Translations under genes and position numbers: made by a program
Source: a bacterium
Lineage (GTDB): Bacteria > SAR324 > NAC60-12
Length of the DNA: 64,000 bases
Direction: 5' to 3'
NCBI GenBank assembly: GCA_965205865.1
Contig: CBDBHR010000029.1
Span: forward strand, 1 to 64,000
Shown: piece after piece, positions 1-10,959 of the stretch
How the letters are laid out: each line of letters opens with the position of its first letter
Position numbering within the stretch: position 1 is the first letter of the stretch
Notes under the pieces: generated by a model
The model's database searches: none
What the model saw: the letters and a program-made list of their open reading frames with translations, nothing else
Told to the model about the DNA's origin: nothing

Positions 1-519
1 ACCTCGCAGGCGAGATCACTCGTCAACGCGTCAACGCCTGCCTTCGCGGCGGCATAGGGCACGTGGGGAATGGTGTAGAGAAACGCGGCGCCTGACGCGA
101 TGTTCACGATCGTTCCCGTGTTGCGCTTGCGCATCTCCTCCACCACTTGCTTGCAGCAAAGGAAAGTTCCCTTTAGATTGACGCCGAGCACCGCATCGTA
201 CTCGGCTTCGGTATGTTCCGAGATGTGCTTCTTGACGACTATGCCAGCATTGTTGACCAAGATGTCGATCCGCCCGAACCGTTCGAGCGTCGCGCGCACC
301 ATGTGGTCCACCGAGCTCGCCTGGGTCACGTCGGTGTGGACACCCAACGCCAGCGCCCCTACCGCTTCGATCTTGGCGACGGCCGCCGGGAATACGCTCC
401 TCCACCACCTCGGCCAGCATCACCTTGGCGCCTGCACGGGCCAGGCTCAGGCTCACTCCCAGGCCGATCCTCTGGACCCCTCCAGTCACGATTGCAACCC
501 GTCCGTTTAGTTGAATTAT
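1..519 (-). pseudogene. SDR-family oxidoreductase, 5' part (mirror of 42718-43473)
   Basis: Reverse complement of the SDR at 42718-43473. It has an ATA in place of the start codon and an extra G near 390 that shifts the frame. Confidence 0.8.
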
Positions 520-564
520 GAGATTCCCTCCTCTGCGTTGTGTTAGGCTACTCGCGCTCGCCAG

Positions 565-942
565 TCAGGGTCGGCACAATCTCCCCCAGAGTGATGCCGA
601 AGTGGTTTTCCTGGGTGCGTTGAAAAACCGGAAACTCAACGGGTTCTGGCGCGCGAGTTGCTCCATCATAAAAGGCGTGGGACTGCCGGCCACCCGATGC
701 CAGTCGATCGGCGTTTCCGGATCGCAGGTGCGTAACGAAACAGCAATGCGCCGATCCGCGGTCACCTGCGTCGCGTGTAATGCGTTGAGGCTCGTCAGCA
801 CCAAGTCGCCGGGCCCAACCTCCGGAGTCTCCATGACATCCTCGACTTCGAGGAAGTCGATCTCTTCACGGCTCAGGAATTCCGGGACAACGCAGAAGCT
901 CCGTTCCTCGAGCGAGGAGGCGATTGCTTTGAAATCAGTCAT
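565..942 (-). pseudogene. Probable PhyH-like dioxygenase remnant with large internal deletion
   Basis: N-terminus (ERSFCVVPEFLSREEID) and C-terminal strand motif (GPGDLVL...LHAT...RIAVS) resemble PhyH, but the central HxD region is absent. Confidence 0.5.
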
Positions 943-959
943 GTGTATCCCTTTCTAAT

Positions 960-1167
960 TAATGCTTGGCCTAAAATTAGATAACTTCATGATATTTAAT
1001 GGTATTCACCTATTTTCAAGAAACGAAGATTTTGGGGAAACTCATCAAAAATCCCATTTTTTGCTGATTTTGGCCATCTGAACACTGTATCAACAAATCT
1101 TCATCCTGTGAAATTGATGAAATGTCATTTAATATCAGCAATTTGAGTATTTTTCTGCCAAGCACTA
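960..1167. mobile_element. MITE family A (~208 bp)
   Basis: Terminal inverted repeats TA(A/G)TGCTTGGC..AAAA. Non-coding. Further copies at 42068-42276 and 32769-32945. Confidence 0.8.
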
Positions 1168-1412
1168 ACTATAAATGAATTCTTCTGACTCCTTTAGAAG
1201 AGAAGGCATGGAAGCCAGGGTTCTCTGGGATGCCGTTTCGTTCACGAGCACGAGCACGTCTCCCGAGTACGATCACGAAAAGCCCTTGAGAAAAAAAGAG
1301 TTTGTCTCAATCTCTTCCTTCCGATTCGTTTAAAAGTAGATTAAAATGTTCATAGTCCAGCCATTTAATGATATGATAAAAGGAAAATTAAAACTCTAAA
1401 TAGAGAGGTCCT

Positions 1413-1889
1413 ATGAATTGGCAACAAGTTTGTGAAGATCCAAATTTAAAAGATTTACCGTACAAGATCGAGTTAAATGAAAGGGGACAGATTCTTATGA
1501 GTCCTGCACGATTATTCCACTCAGCTATACAAGGGGAAATTATAATTATTTTGAAACATTTATTGAACCAAGGAAAAATTTTCCCTGAATGCGCAATTTC
1601 TACTTCAAAAGGGACGAAAGTCGCAGATGTCGTTTGGTGTTCTCAAAAATTGTGGGAAAAAATAAAGCATGAAGCAGAAGCTTCAATTGCCCCAGAAATT
1701 TGTATTGAAGTCGTATCACCAACAAATACACAAGAAGAAATGAGAGGAAAAAAATTCTTATACCTAGAACAGGGTGCAAATGAGGTATGGATTTCTGATG
1801 AACAAGGAATAACAAAATTTTTTGATTCTCAAGGGGAATTAGAACAATCTAAGTTAGTACCAGGTTTTCCTCAGCAAATTGAGGTTTAA
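1413..1889 (+). CDS. Uma2-family (PD-(D/E)XK) putative endonuclease
   Basis: 158 aa with YKIELNERGQILMSP, KVADVVW, APEICIEVVSP and GANEVW motifs. RBS GAGG upstream. Confidence 0.88.
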   Translation: MNWQQVCEDPNLKDLPYKIELNERGQILMSPARLFHSAIQGEIIIILKHLLNQGKIFPECAISTSKGTKVADVVWCSQKLWEKIKHEAEASIAPEICIEVVSPTNTQEEMRGKKFLYLEQGANEVWISDEQGITKFFDSQGELEQSKLVPGFPQQIEV

Positions 1890-2087
1890 AAACAGCTGAC
1901 AAAACACTGCATTTATCGAATCAGGAATGCTCATGTATTGGGAGCGCTCAAAGTACTTGCTCTGCCACCCCTGGGAGGTCTGGGAGGGAATGCAGCAGGT
2001 CGTTGCTGCTGAAAGAGTCCAGGCCAATGCATCGAGTAGAGAAAAAGGGTAAAAATTCATAAAAAGCTGACATGGAGGGCAGAGATT

Positions 2088-2915
2088 ATGGACAGTTTTG
2101 AAGGAAAGGTCGGTCTCGTGACGGGCGGGGGCTGCGGGATTGGACGCGGCATCTGCCTGGCACTCGCCGATGCGGGCGCAAAAATGATCGTCGCGGACAT
2201 CGACCTCGACAACGCGGTGCGAGTCGCGGAAGAGGTGACGGGCAAGGGAGTTCGGGGGATTCCCGTTCACGTCGAGGTCAGGAAGACGGATTCCGTCGCG
2301 GCGCTCGCCGAGACGGCGGTACGGGAGATGGGCGGCGTCGACATCGTGCGCAACAACGCCGGGGTCTTGCTGGGCGGCTAGATGCGCGACACTACCGAGG
2401 ACGATTGGCGCTTCGTCATGTCAGTGAACCTCGACGGGGTCTTCCGGGTCGGGCAGTGCTTCGACCGGCTCCTGCGTGAGCAGAACCGAGGGGGACACAT
2501 CGTGAACACGGCCTCGATCGGGGGCTTCCTGCGCGGCGCCGGCTCCGTCGCCTATAGCGCCAGCAAGTTCGGGGTCGTCGCGTACAGCGAAGCATTGCGT
2601 GCCGACCTCGAACCCGATGGAATCGGGGTCTCGACCTTGTGCCCCGGGGACACCGTTACCAACCTGGCGGACTCCGACCGACTGCGCGACTCCGGTGATC
2701 AGGCAGGCAGCAAGTCCCAAGTCGTGTGGGAAGACATTCGCTGGGGACTGCAACCGGAACCGGTCGGCGAGATGGTCGTGTCGGGCATTCGCGACAACGC
2801 CGCGTACATCCACACCCAAGACTGGAGCGAGGCCTTTGCCGACCGGTTCCAACGCGTGCTGAAGGACTTCGAGGGGAAGGGCTTGAAGCGGCTTCGGCGT
2901 CTGGAACAGGAATAA
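2088..2915 (+). pseudogene. SDR-family oxidoreductase with internal TAG
   Basis: TGGGxGIG, NNAG and YSASK motifs. In-frame TAG at 2379-2381 where the paralog at 25431-26258 has GAG. Confidence 0.9.
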
Positions 2916-3036
2916 GAGGCCGGCGGAATGTTGTTTGAGAGACTCAGAATACAAAGGAAAGAGCAAAAAAGCTCTTCTCAAACACTGCCAAAATGGTTGT
3001 CGATTACTAGCTTATTTTTTTAAAAGGAGAAGATCC

Positions 3037-4276
3037 ATGAAAGCAGCAGTACTTTATGACGTCAATACCCCCTTAACAATCGAGCAGTTTGACTTGCCTG
3101 ACATTGAACCCGATCAAGTTCGCGTCCAGCTCATCGCGAGTGGCGTGTGTCATTCCGACTGGCATGTCGTCAAGGGAGAGTGGCTTGGTATCATTCCCAT
3201 TCCAGCGATCTTAGGTCACGAAGGGGCTGGCATAGTCGAGGAAGTGGGCTCGGCGGCACACTCGGTCAAGAAAGGCGACCATGTGATTCTTTCGTGGAAG
3301 CGCAACTGTGGGCTCTGCGAGATGTGCCAAGTCGGCTATCCCAATCTTTGCGAAATGCAACCCGATACGCGAGGATTGCCCCAATTTCCGGAGAGCGACC
3401 GCACCATGGACAAGATGACAGGGCTGGGGACCTTTAGTACTGAAACCATTGTCCCCAAGGATATGGCCATCCCCATCGATAAGGACATTCCGCTCCAAAA
3501 GGCAGCCCTGGTCGGCTGTGGGGTAATAACCGGAGTGGGTGCCGCTTTAAACACGGCTAATGTCCAGGCCGGCAAATCCGTAGCCGTTTTTGGTTGTGGG
3601 GGCGTGGGATTGAACGTGATTCAAGGGGCGGCAATTGCCGGGGCAGAGCCCATTATCGCGGTGGATCTCATGGACAACAAACTCGAACTGGGCAAACAAT
3701 TCGGGGCCACGCACACCGTCAATGCCTCCCAAGGCGATCCGGTCGAGGCAATCCGGGAATTGACGAATGGGCAAGGGGTCCATTATGCGTTTGAAGCGAT
3801 CGGGTTGGTCAGTGATCCCTTCAAGCAGTCCATCCTTTGTACCCGCAGGCGAGGGGTTACCGTTTATGTCGGCCATGCGCCTGTGAACACGCCGGTCGAT
3901 CTTGACGCCCGGGATCTGTTTTTAGAAAAGACCGTCATTGGCTCGATGTATGGGACAGGTCGCCCCCGGATTGATTTTCCCCGCTTGCTCAATCGTAACT
4001 ATTCAGGTGCGGGTTTCCTGGGCTTGCGGGCATTTCCCTTTGAAAATGCGCACTAAATCATCCACTTTTGAGGTATTTTGACGCAATATAGAGGTTCTGT
4101 CGACCTCTAGCCCAGTGTTTTCGCACCTGAATAGTTACGCTCAATCTTTACAAAGCGGGCAAGCTCAAGCTCGATGAGTTGGTGTCACGCGTCTATCCCT
4201 GGAAGAGGTCAATGAGGCCTTCGACGCCCTGGGTAAGGGTGAAGTGGCCCGCAGTGTGTTGGATTTGACAAAATAA
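3037..4276 (+). pseudogene. Zn-dependent alcohol dehydrogenase disrupted by a MITE and a frameshift
   Basis: GVCHSD, GHEGAG, CxxCxxC and GCGGVG motifs. Removing MITE 3994-4139 restores RLLNLYKAGKLKLDELVSR. A further -1 shift near 4197 precedes EEVNEAFDAL...RSVL. Confidence 0.9.
3994..4139. mobile_element. MITE family B (146 bp)
   Basis: Perfect 18-bp TIR CGTAACTATTCAGGTGCG. 6-bp target duplication CTCAAT at 3988-3993 and 4140-4145. Confidence 0.93.
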
Positions 4277-4390
4277 GGAGCAAAAAGGATGGAAACAGTG
4301 ACAGCCAAATTCGAAGACCATGGCAAACAATAAGCATCATTTGGAATACGAAGTCATCTCTAACAAAAGACAACGAGGAAGGAGCAGACA

Positions 4391-5470
4391 ATGAAAATAA
4401 CGGACATCACACTCACCGCACTGAAGACCGGCAAGAACCTCCTGCGCATTCAGACCGACGCCGGCGTCGAAGGCTGGGCGGAGGCGAATGGCCGGCACGT
4501 CTTCGCGGCCTATCTCGAAGCCGTAATCAAACCGGCGCTGGTCGGCGAGAATCCGCTCGACATCGGCCGCCATTGGGACACGCTCGCACTGGGGCGCGGC
4601 GAAGGCTTCCACAAACTGCCGGGCGCGGTGGTCGGCAGCGTCGACGTAGCGCTCTGGGATCTGCTCGGCAAGGAGACCGGGCAACCCGTTTTCACGCTCA
4701 TGGGCGGCGCGACGCGAAAGGAGATCCCGCTTTACTGGTCGACCGGATCGGGGTGGAAGATGCAGCCCGAAGAAATGCTGGAGAAGGTGCGCGAAGGCTG
4801 GGATACCGGCTACCGGTCGTTCAAAATCCGTATGGACTGGCGTGGCTGGCGGCAGGACATCGACCCGGAGAAAGACTACCAGATGTTCAAGCTGGTGCGT
4901 GAATTCCTCGAACCCCCCATCTACCTCGGGTTCGACGCGAACAACGGCTACTCGGTTTCGACCGCCATCCAGCAGGGCCGGCGCTTCGAGGCGCTCGGCA
5001 TCGACCACTTTGAAGAACCGATCCCTCACTGGGATCTGCCGGGGCTGCGCGAAATCTCGGACGCACTCGACGTCGCCGTATCCGCGGGCGAGCAGGACGC
5101 CTTTCGCTGGTGGTTTCAGAACCTCGTTGCGCTGGGTAATCCCGACATCCTACAGCCGGACATCCTGAACGCAGGCGGACCGTCAGAGGTGAAGCGCATC
5201 TTCGACTACGCCACCACGATCGACAAACCTGTGATGCCGCACAGCCCACAGGCCGGTATCAACTCCATGGCATCGCTGCACGTCTACGCAACGACGCTGA
5301 ACGCCAATCGCCCGCACGAGTTCTCGACGGAATTCTCGGGCCCGCTCGAAGACGTGGCGGAACTCTACGGGGAACATGTGGTCCCCAAGGATGGCAAGAT
5401 AATATTGACCGACCGGCCGGGCTTCGGCATCGATCTGAACGAAGCTGCCGCGCAGCGAATGCAGGCCTGA
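4391..5470 (+). CDS. Mandelate racemase/muconate lactonizing enzyme family protein
   Basis: 359 aa with IQTDAGVEGW, VDVALWDLLGK, KxR, DAN, EEP, GEQ and QPD motifs. Intact. Confidence 0.92.
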   Translation: MKITDITLTALKTGKNLLRIQTDAGVEGWAEANGRHVFAAYLEAVIKPALVGENPLDIGRHWDTLALGRGEGFHKLPGAVVGSVDVALWDLLGKETGQPVFTLMGGATRKEIPLYWSTGSGWKMQPEEMLEKVREGWDTGYRSFKIRMDWRGWRQDIDPEKDYQMFKLVREFLEPPIYLGFDANNGYSVSTAIQQGRRFEALGIDHFEEPIPHWDLPGLREISDALDVAVSAGEQDAFRWWFQNLVALGNPDILQPDILNAGGPSEVKRIFDYATTIDKPVMPHSPQAGINSMASLHVYATTLNANRPHEFSTEFSGPLEDVAELYGEHVVPKDGKIILTDRPGFGIDLNEAAAQRMQA

Positions 5471-5721
5471 TCCAGCTCAATGTCGCGGCCGCTGTGCCGT
5501 CTCTTTGGCAAAGTCTTCATCAACAGTTCATGGAGTATTAACAGAAGAGGAAACTCGCAAGAGCATCATCAGAGAGAATGATTGCTTGAGGATTTATAGC
5601 AAAATCTGAAAATCTACAGCAAGTTAAAGTGCTTGACAATAGAGTCTGACCTGGTCAGAGTGGTAAGGTTATTCTTAAAAAAGCCAATCTTTTTTGAAAA
5701 GCAAAAGAGGAAAGAGAATCC

Positions 5722-6477
5722 ATGACCGAAATTCTCTCAATCGAACAGTAGCAACAGTTGTACCGAGAGGGCTACCTCATCCTAAAGGACGCTGTTTCCA
5801 AGGAGTTGACGGGCACCAACTACGATCCGCTCTTCATGGATCCGGAGATGACCCTGGGAATCGGCAGCTTCACCGCCTTCATCTTTGTCTGCCTCAATGA
5901 CCAGACACGAGAGGGTTGTGGACAGACCGCGATACTCCCAGGGGGGCACCACGTCGCTGAGCGGTTCTTCAACAGGCAACGTGCTGACGGGGAGCGCCTT
6001 GGGCAAGAGGGACCCGGCTGGCCCCGGTTCGATTATACCTCGCCTAACCGCTGCGGCATGAAGTTAATGCCGGACTACATGTATGACGCGCTGACGGACG
6101 AGACCTCGGAATGTACGCCCGACGGCAAGCGGTGGCCCAAACCGACGCAGCTTCTGATGGAAGAAGGCGATGCCGCAATCGTCACGTCCCACATGCCACA
6201 TAGCGGTACTCGCAACGAGTTGGGCGCCGAGAGCCGCATGATCGTGCTTTTCCGCCTTCGCGCCAAATCCCATCAACCGTCGATGGTGGTGGACTTCCAC
6301 GGCCATAGCGACCACCCGGACCGTGGATTCCACGGTGAGTGGCTGGAGTATCCGGAAGGGGTGGATCCGTGGGAGCGCTCAAAGCACTTGCTCTGCCACC
6401 CCTGGGAGGCCTGGGAGGGAATGCAGCAGGTCATTGCTGCTGAAAGAGCCAAGGCCAACGCATCGAGTCAGGTGTAA
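5722..6477 (+). pseudogene. PhyH-like dioxygenase pseudogene
   Basis: ATG at 5722 reads MTEILSIEQ*QQLYREGYLILKDAV (TAG at codon 10). Later GQTAILPGGH and GDAAI..HMPHSG motifs are present. Appears internally deleted. Confidence 0.7.
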
Positions 6478-6908
6478 GCAAATATGACCGCTATAAGTAG
6501 ACCTTATGCCCCGAAAAGTTGCTTTTACCAAAGGACACGGGGTAGCCGTGTTGGAATACGAAGATCACCTGTTGGCGTCCAATGAGGTGCGTATTCAGAC
6601 CGAATATGCCTCCGGCAAACACGGGACGAACATGGCCATGATGGATGGACTTTCTCCTAATTCCATTAGCAATCGTATCGAGGAAGTCACCCTCATCGGT
6701 TTATTCAATTGTGAACAGCAATAATGCTAGCGCTGCCGATGGCAGCGAAAAAAAACCTTTTAAATTGAGGTATATGCGAAATAACAAAAAAACTTGAAGA
6801 CAAGCCCCCTTTTTTTATGTGGAGACAACAGCCCAACAATGAACAGTATGGGGCCTAATATCAATTTTTCAGGAAAAAATCTTATGACAAAGTTAAACCA
6901 CTCAAGTT

Positions 6909-7750
6909 ATGGTTTACCTCAACCCCCCTACGGATCTCACAGAGGCCAAAGCGCAGATGGGTAAGTTTGGCTACTGCATTTTGGCCAATGCCATCAGCCC
7001 GGAGGAGGCCGCTGCCTTGCGCGCACGACTGCTGGAACAAGCAGAAACGGAAGCACAGCGGGGAATCGCCAGGCTGACGGAGGACAAGAAGTAACTCGTC
7101 CTTTTTTTAATCAACAAAGGGCAAGGGATTCGTGACTTGATGTTCCACCCCGGCTTACGAGAACTGGTCGGTCATGTGCTGTGTTCCGTCTATTTGCTCT
7201 CCTCCTATGTCGGCCATATGGCTCTCCCTGGAGGCACGAAGGCATTTCACACCGATCAGTGGTGGATGCCCCCCCGACCAATGACCGGAAAGAGACGCTG
7301 ATGAAACCCGGTTCCATGACGCGTGAAGGTCATTTTGGGCATCATGGGGCAGAGGCCACCATGAACCTGCCTGCCATAGCCCCCGCCTGTGCCTGCAATG
7401 CGATGTGGATGCTGGACGATTTTCGGGACGACAATGGAGCCACGATTGTCGTGCCTGAAAGCCATCTTTCCGGCCGTCAACCGGACCCGGAACTCTATTC
7501 AGAGGCCAATTGGATTCCGGTGGAAGCTCCCGCAAGATCCGTCATGATTTTTGAAGGAAGCACCTGGCACTCCACCGGTGCCAACCGTAGCGATCAGACT
7601 CGCATCGGCCTGACCACCAACTTCTGTGCCCCGCAATTTCGACAACAAGAGAATTTATTACTGGGCACTTCCCCGGAGGTGTTGGAAGAAGCCTCAGAAG
7701 AACTGCTGGCCGAGATTGGGTATAAATCGTGGTATGGCTATGGAAGCTTG
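6909..7750 (+). pseudogene. PhyH-family dioxygenase pseudogene
   Basis: GYCILANAIS, FHTDQWW, NAMWMLDDF..NGATIVVPESH, WHSTGAN and RQQEN motifs are spread over frames. TAA at 7092-7094 plus frameshifts. Confidence 0.85.
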
Positions 7751-7794
7751 TTGAATACTGCCAAAAGCGAATCGGAGGAAAGCTGGCAAGAAAC

Positions 7795-7869
7795 GGGGTC
7801 AGGCTTCGCTATTTCGTTTTTGAATTTTCAATTATGCTTCCATTTAGCGAAATACCGAAGCCTGACCCC
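7795..7869. repeat. REPIN-like inverted pair GGGGTCAGGCTTCG(C/G)TATTTCG
   Basis: 22-bp inverted arms with 1 mismatch around an AT-rich spacer. Mirror copy at 35363-35437. Confidence 0.75.
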
Positions 7870-8226
7870 TGTTCCTGTTCAAGTCGGATTTGATGCGATT
7901 TTGAACACGGTTGCGATCGTTGAGCAGTTGACGTCGATGGCGAATCAGTTTGCGTTGCATCAGTCCTTCTTCACTGGGAACAAAGATGCTTTTGAGCATT
8001 CCGCGGGTGAGATAAAATGCCAATTTCTTGCTATCTTTACGGTCGGTTTTGACACGATTGCCCGAAGCTAGAGGAATCAAACTCGGTGGAGTGACACGAC
8101 AGCAAACTCCCCACTGGCTTAAATGACGATAAAGCCAGTAACCGAAATAAACCGCTTCATAGGCCGCTTCGAAATCGAGCGCTTTGAAGGGACTCAACAG
8201 CTTTTTCAACGCCGACCAACTAGCTG
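7870..8226 (-). pseudogene. IS110-family transposase fragment
   Basis: AAYEA..GYWLYR and RVKTDRKDS motifs of the IS110 DEDD domain. Cut by the IS at 8227 and truncated at the 3' end. Confidence 0.85.
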
Positions 8227-10059
8227 GACCCTAGCCGAAAAGGGTTTCGAAAATAGTAAATGTAACCAATTTGATTCTATTTGATTCTCTATTTGATTCA
8301 ATATGACGAGAAAACGATTTTTTTGTTTTTTATTCGCCCACAGCACAGTTTTTATAGGGAAAAAATCTTTTTTGGACATACTTTCCTCGCCCCTGCTCAT
8401 ATTTCACACTCCCCCATTGAATATTCAGGCCGCTTGTTTGAGTTGTCTTTTTTTCAACTCAATCATTTTGCAAAAATTATAGGTTAATGCTTTTTCCAGC
8501 AACTCTGCCCGAACGTTTTCAATCCCTCTGCGCATAACTTGTCCGAAATGGAAACGATGCTTAAGATGAAACATCAACGACTCTGCAGCAGATCTTCCAT
8601 TTCGTGATTCCAAATAGATTTCACTTTCCCATTCTTCAATCGGGGTCATCTTTTTTCCCTTTGCCCCACTAATACTAAAAACCTTAACGCCTTTGCCCAT
8701 CCACTTTTCTCTGATCGCCTGATTGGCATATCCATCATCAAGGCTCACTTCAGAGGGAATGGTGATGGTGCATCGCAAATGTTCAACAAGGGCAGGGTCG
8801 AGTTGCCCTGAATCAGCAGCATTGCCCTCCGGAGTAATTAACACGGAAATAAAACCATTTCCGCTCCTTCCTAATTGAGGCTTATATCCGATAAGCGCTT
8901 CTCGATCTCCCTTTTGAATATAAGCCGAGCTCTGATCGGAAAGACTCAATACTTTCTCAGTAGAAGGAACCTTCTTTTCTTCAAAAACTCTTTGATGACA
9001 GTAGATGATTACCCGTTGCAAATTAGAAATATCTTCATTCATCATTTCAATGAGGCGAATCAAACGCGTTTTCCGAGAAGGGGGGAGAAGAGCTTTTTGG
9101 GCACGGATATCCACCTTTGCCATTTCTTTTAAAAATTTCCCATGAGCGCTTTGAGCTTTCTTCAATAGGGTTTTGTAATGTTTTTTTCGCTTCGTTTTAC
9201 TGTCCTTTTTACCTGTCTCAAAAGCCATCATCTTAGAGAGCTTATTCATCTCCTTGATGAGGAAATCAAAATTTCTTTCACTGATCTCAGCGATTCCAAA
9301 TGTATCAAGGGAACGCCCTCGATGGTAGCTTCGCTCCACGAGACGAGTCAATATCGACGAATCAGTAGGCCAAGCTGTATTTCCTTTTACAGAGGTGCTA
9401 TCCAGTTTTAAAATATCAAAATCGTCCAACTCTTCATCGAGAACCATTCGAATTTGAGCATCGAAAATAAACTGTCTGCTCTCGTTGCTGACAGCATTGA
9501 CATTATCAAGGATTGTACTCGCTCCCGGCATTTTCAATCCACGGTTGAGCAGAAGCAGATGCAGTGTGATTGACTCTGAAAGAAATATTTGGGCCGTTTG
9601 GGATTTGATACTTCCTAAATATCCCCGAATCATCATAAAAAGGTAGACTAAAAAAGCCGACATCCGAGGACACCCTATTTCCAGCCTCAGTTCTTCCGGC
9701 TTCAATTCCTCATCTTCTACGGGAAGATGAGGAAGCCATGGATTCCGGGCTTCCTGCCATCGTTTATCCTCTAAACGCTCTTTCTTTTTATTTCTTGCGT
9801 ATTTCTCCAAATCCTGTTCAATTTTGTCCAATATCTCCGGCTCTCGCTCAGACAATTGATCAAGTTCTGATAAGAAATTTTCAAATTCTGTATCAGGAGC
9901 GCTTAAAATAAGATGTTTTTCTGCTCGAATGAATGGTTTCATTTTGGGTGCCATAATTCTTAATATTGAAGTTATTCACAGTTATTTCAATGAATTATGG
10001 CACTTTCTAACCTCAAGTTTAAAGATATAATTCTAAAAAATACCTTTTCGGCTAGGATC
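8227..10059 (-). mobile_element. Intact DDE insertion sequence (IS5/ISNCY-like), copy 1
   Basis: 17-bp TIR GA(T/C)CCTAGCCGAAAAGG. Flanks are TAGCTA and CAGCTA (mismatched). Confidence 0.92.
8425..9954 (-). CDS. DDE transposase, 509 aa
   Basis: LDST...WPTD, KVLSL...YIQKG, DDGY and RSAAE motifs. Inside TIRs. Confidence 0.9.
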   Translation of the reverse strand: MAPKMKPFIRAEKHLILSAPDTEFENFLSELDQLSEREPEILDKIEQDLEKYARNKKKERLEDKRWQEARNPWLPHLPVEDEELKPEELRLEIGCPRMSAFLVYLFMMIRGYLGSIKSQTAQIFLSESITLHLLLLNRGLKMPGASTILDNVNAVSNESRQFIFDAQIRMVLDEELDDFDILKLDSTSVKGNTAWPTDSSILTRLVERSYHRGRSLDTFGIAEISERNFDFLIKEMNKLSKMMAFETGKKDSKTKRKKHYKTLLKKAQSAHGKFLKEMAKVDIRAQKALLPPSRKTRLIRLIEMMNEDISNLQRVIIYCHQRVFEEKKVPSTEKVLSLSDQSSAYIQKGDREALIGYKPQLGRSGNGFISVLITPEGNAADSGQLDPALVEHLRCTITIPSEVSLDDGYANQAIREKWMGKGVKVFSISGAKGKKMTPIEEWESEIYLESRNGRSAAESLMFHLKHRFHFGQVMRRGIENVRAELLEKALTYNFCKMIELKKRQLKQAA

Positions 10060-10095
10060 TAGCTAGGAACTGGGTGCCGGGTGCCGGGTGATTGA

Positions 10096-10124
10096 ATGAT
10101 ACTCTCATTTTAACCTCTTGTCAA
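10096..10124 (-). promoter_or_regulatory. Sigma70-type promoter TTGACA-17-TATCAT
   Basis: Consensus -35, 17-bp spacer. Homologous to the promoter at 20488-20516. Confidence 0.65.
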
Positions 10125-10172
10125 AAGTTTTTATACTCGAAACAGATTAATTTCAGACTTTCATGTCATCCT

Positions 10173-10326
10173 AAGGGATTATTATGAATTAATCAACACA
10201 AAATGCATTTGGCGCTCTTTTTTTGATTTTTTTCGATCCAAATAGGAAAATCAAAAATTTATGAAGCCATTTTAAAGGATTATTATGATTATATCAACAC
10301 AAAAATACATTTGACGCTCTTTTTTG
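10173..10326. repeat. Two degenerate ~52-bp direct repeats
   Basis: GGATTATTATGA...TCAACACAAAA...CATTTG(G/A)CGCTCTTTTTT at ~10173 and ~10274. Confidence 0.75.
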
Positions 10327-10573
10327 TTAACAGCACTGACAAAGTGTAGCAAAAACGTTAGTATCAACGTACAATACTCCCCATTAGTCTGAAGTGCAAC
10401 AGCAATCGTTTTTCTTTTTCAATATTCTTGATTTTGATTCTTCCATTTTCTTTCTCACTTTTATTCTCCCTTGATCCTGCTCTTCTTCTTTTTTCTTCCT
10501 CTTCCCTGAGTGAATCTTAGTGGGTGTTCAGTGAAGCTCATTCAATCTAACCTGTGGCAGCAATCATTTTTTT

Positions 10574-10897
10574 AAAAATTTATCAAAAAAGAAAACGAAA
10601 AACAAGCAGAAATTCTTAGCAACCTTCAGCCAAAGGCGATTTCGTGAGAACTATCAAAATTGCCCTTCCATTAACCCAAAGCTGATTTCGTTGAAATCTA
10701 TCAAAAGAGAAAAAGAAAAACAAGCCGAAATTCTTAAAAACCGTCAGCCCAAGGCGTTTTCGTGAGAACTATCAAAATTGCCCTTCCGTCAGTCAAAGGC
10801 GTTTTCGTTGAAAATTATCAAAAAAAGAGAAAGAAAAACAAGCCGAAATTCTTAAAAACCTTCAGCAAAAGGCGATTTCTTGAAAACTATCACAAAA
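10574..10897. repeat. Higher-order tandem repeat, 118-bp period built from ~37-bp subunits
   Basis: Subunit CC(T/G)TCAGCCAAAGGCG(A/T)TTTCGT..AACTATCAAAA starts at 10623, 10668, 10741, 10786 and 10859. Confidence 0.88.
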
Positions 10898-10959
10898 GAA
10901 CGATGATGGCAAAATCCTGGTAGATTTCATTATCCCCTTCAGTATCCTCTCTATATAAC

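Larger units (their letters stand above)
1..10059. repeat. Left arm of a >=10 kb inverted duplication (runs off the window start)
   Basis: ORFs mirror those at 33-43 kb with coordinate sum 43232 (e.g. 4391/38841, 9954/33278). Base 1 matches 43235. Homology stops at the IS end at 10059. Confidence 0.97.

Noticed and set aside
1-1400. Biological frameshift differences between duplication arms
   Set aside because: They are mostly 1-bp homopolymer indels clustered at the window start and are probably consensus errors.
10574-10897. CRISPR array (37-bp repeats with 36-bp spacers)
   Set aside because: The spacers are copies of each other, alternate with 8-nt linkers, the repeats are degenerate, and no cas genes are present.
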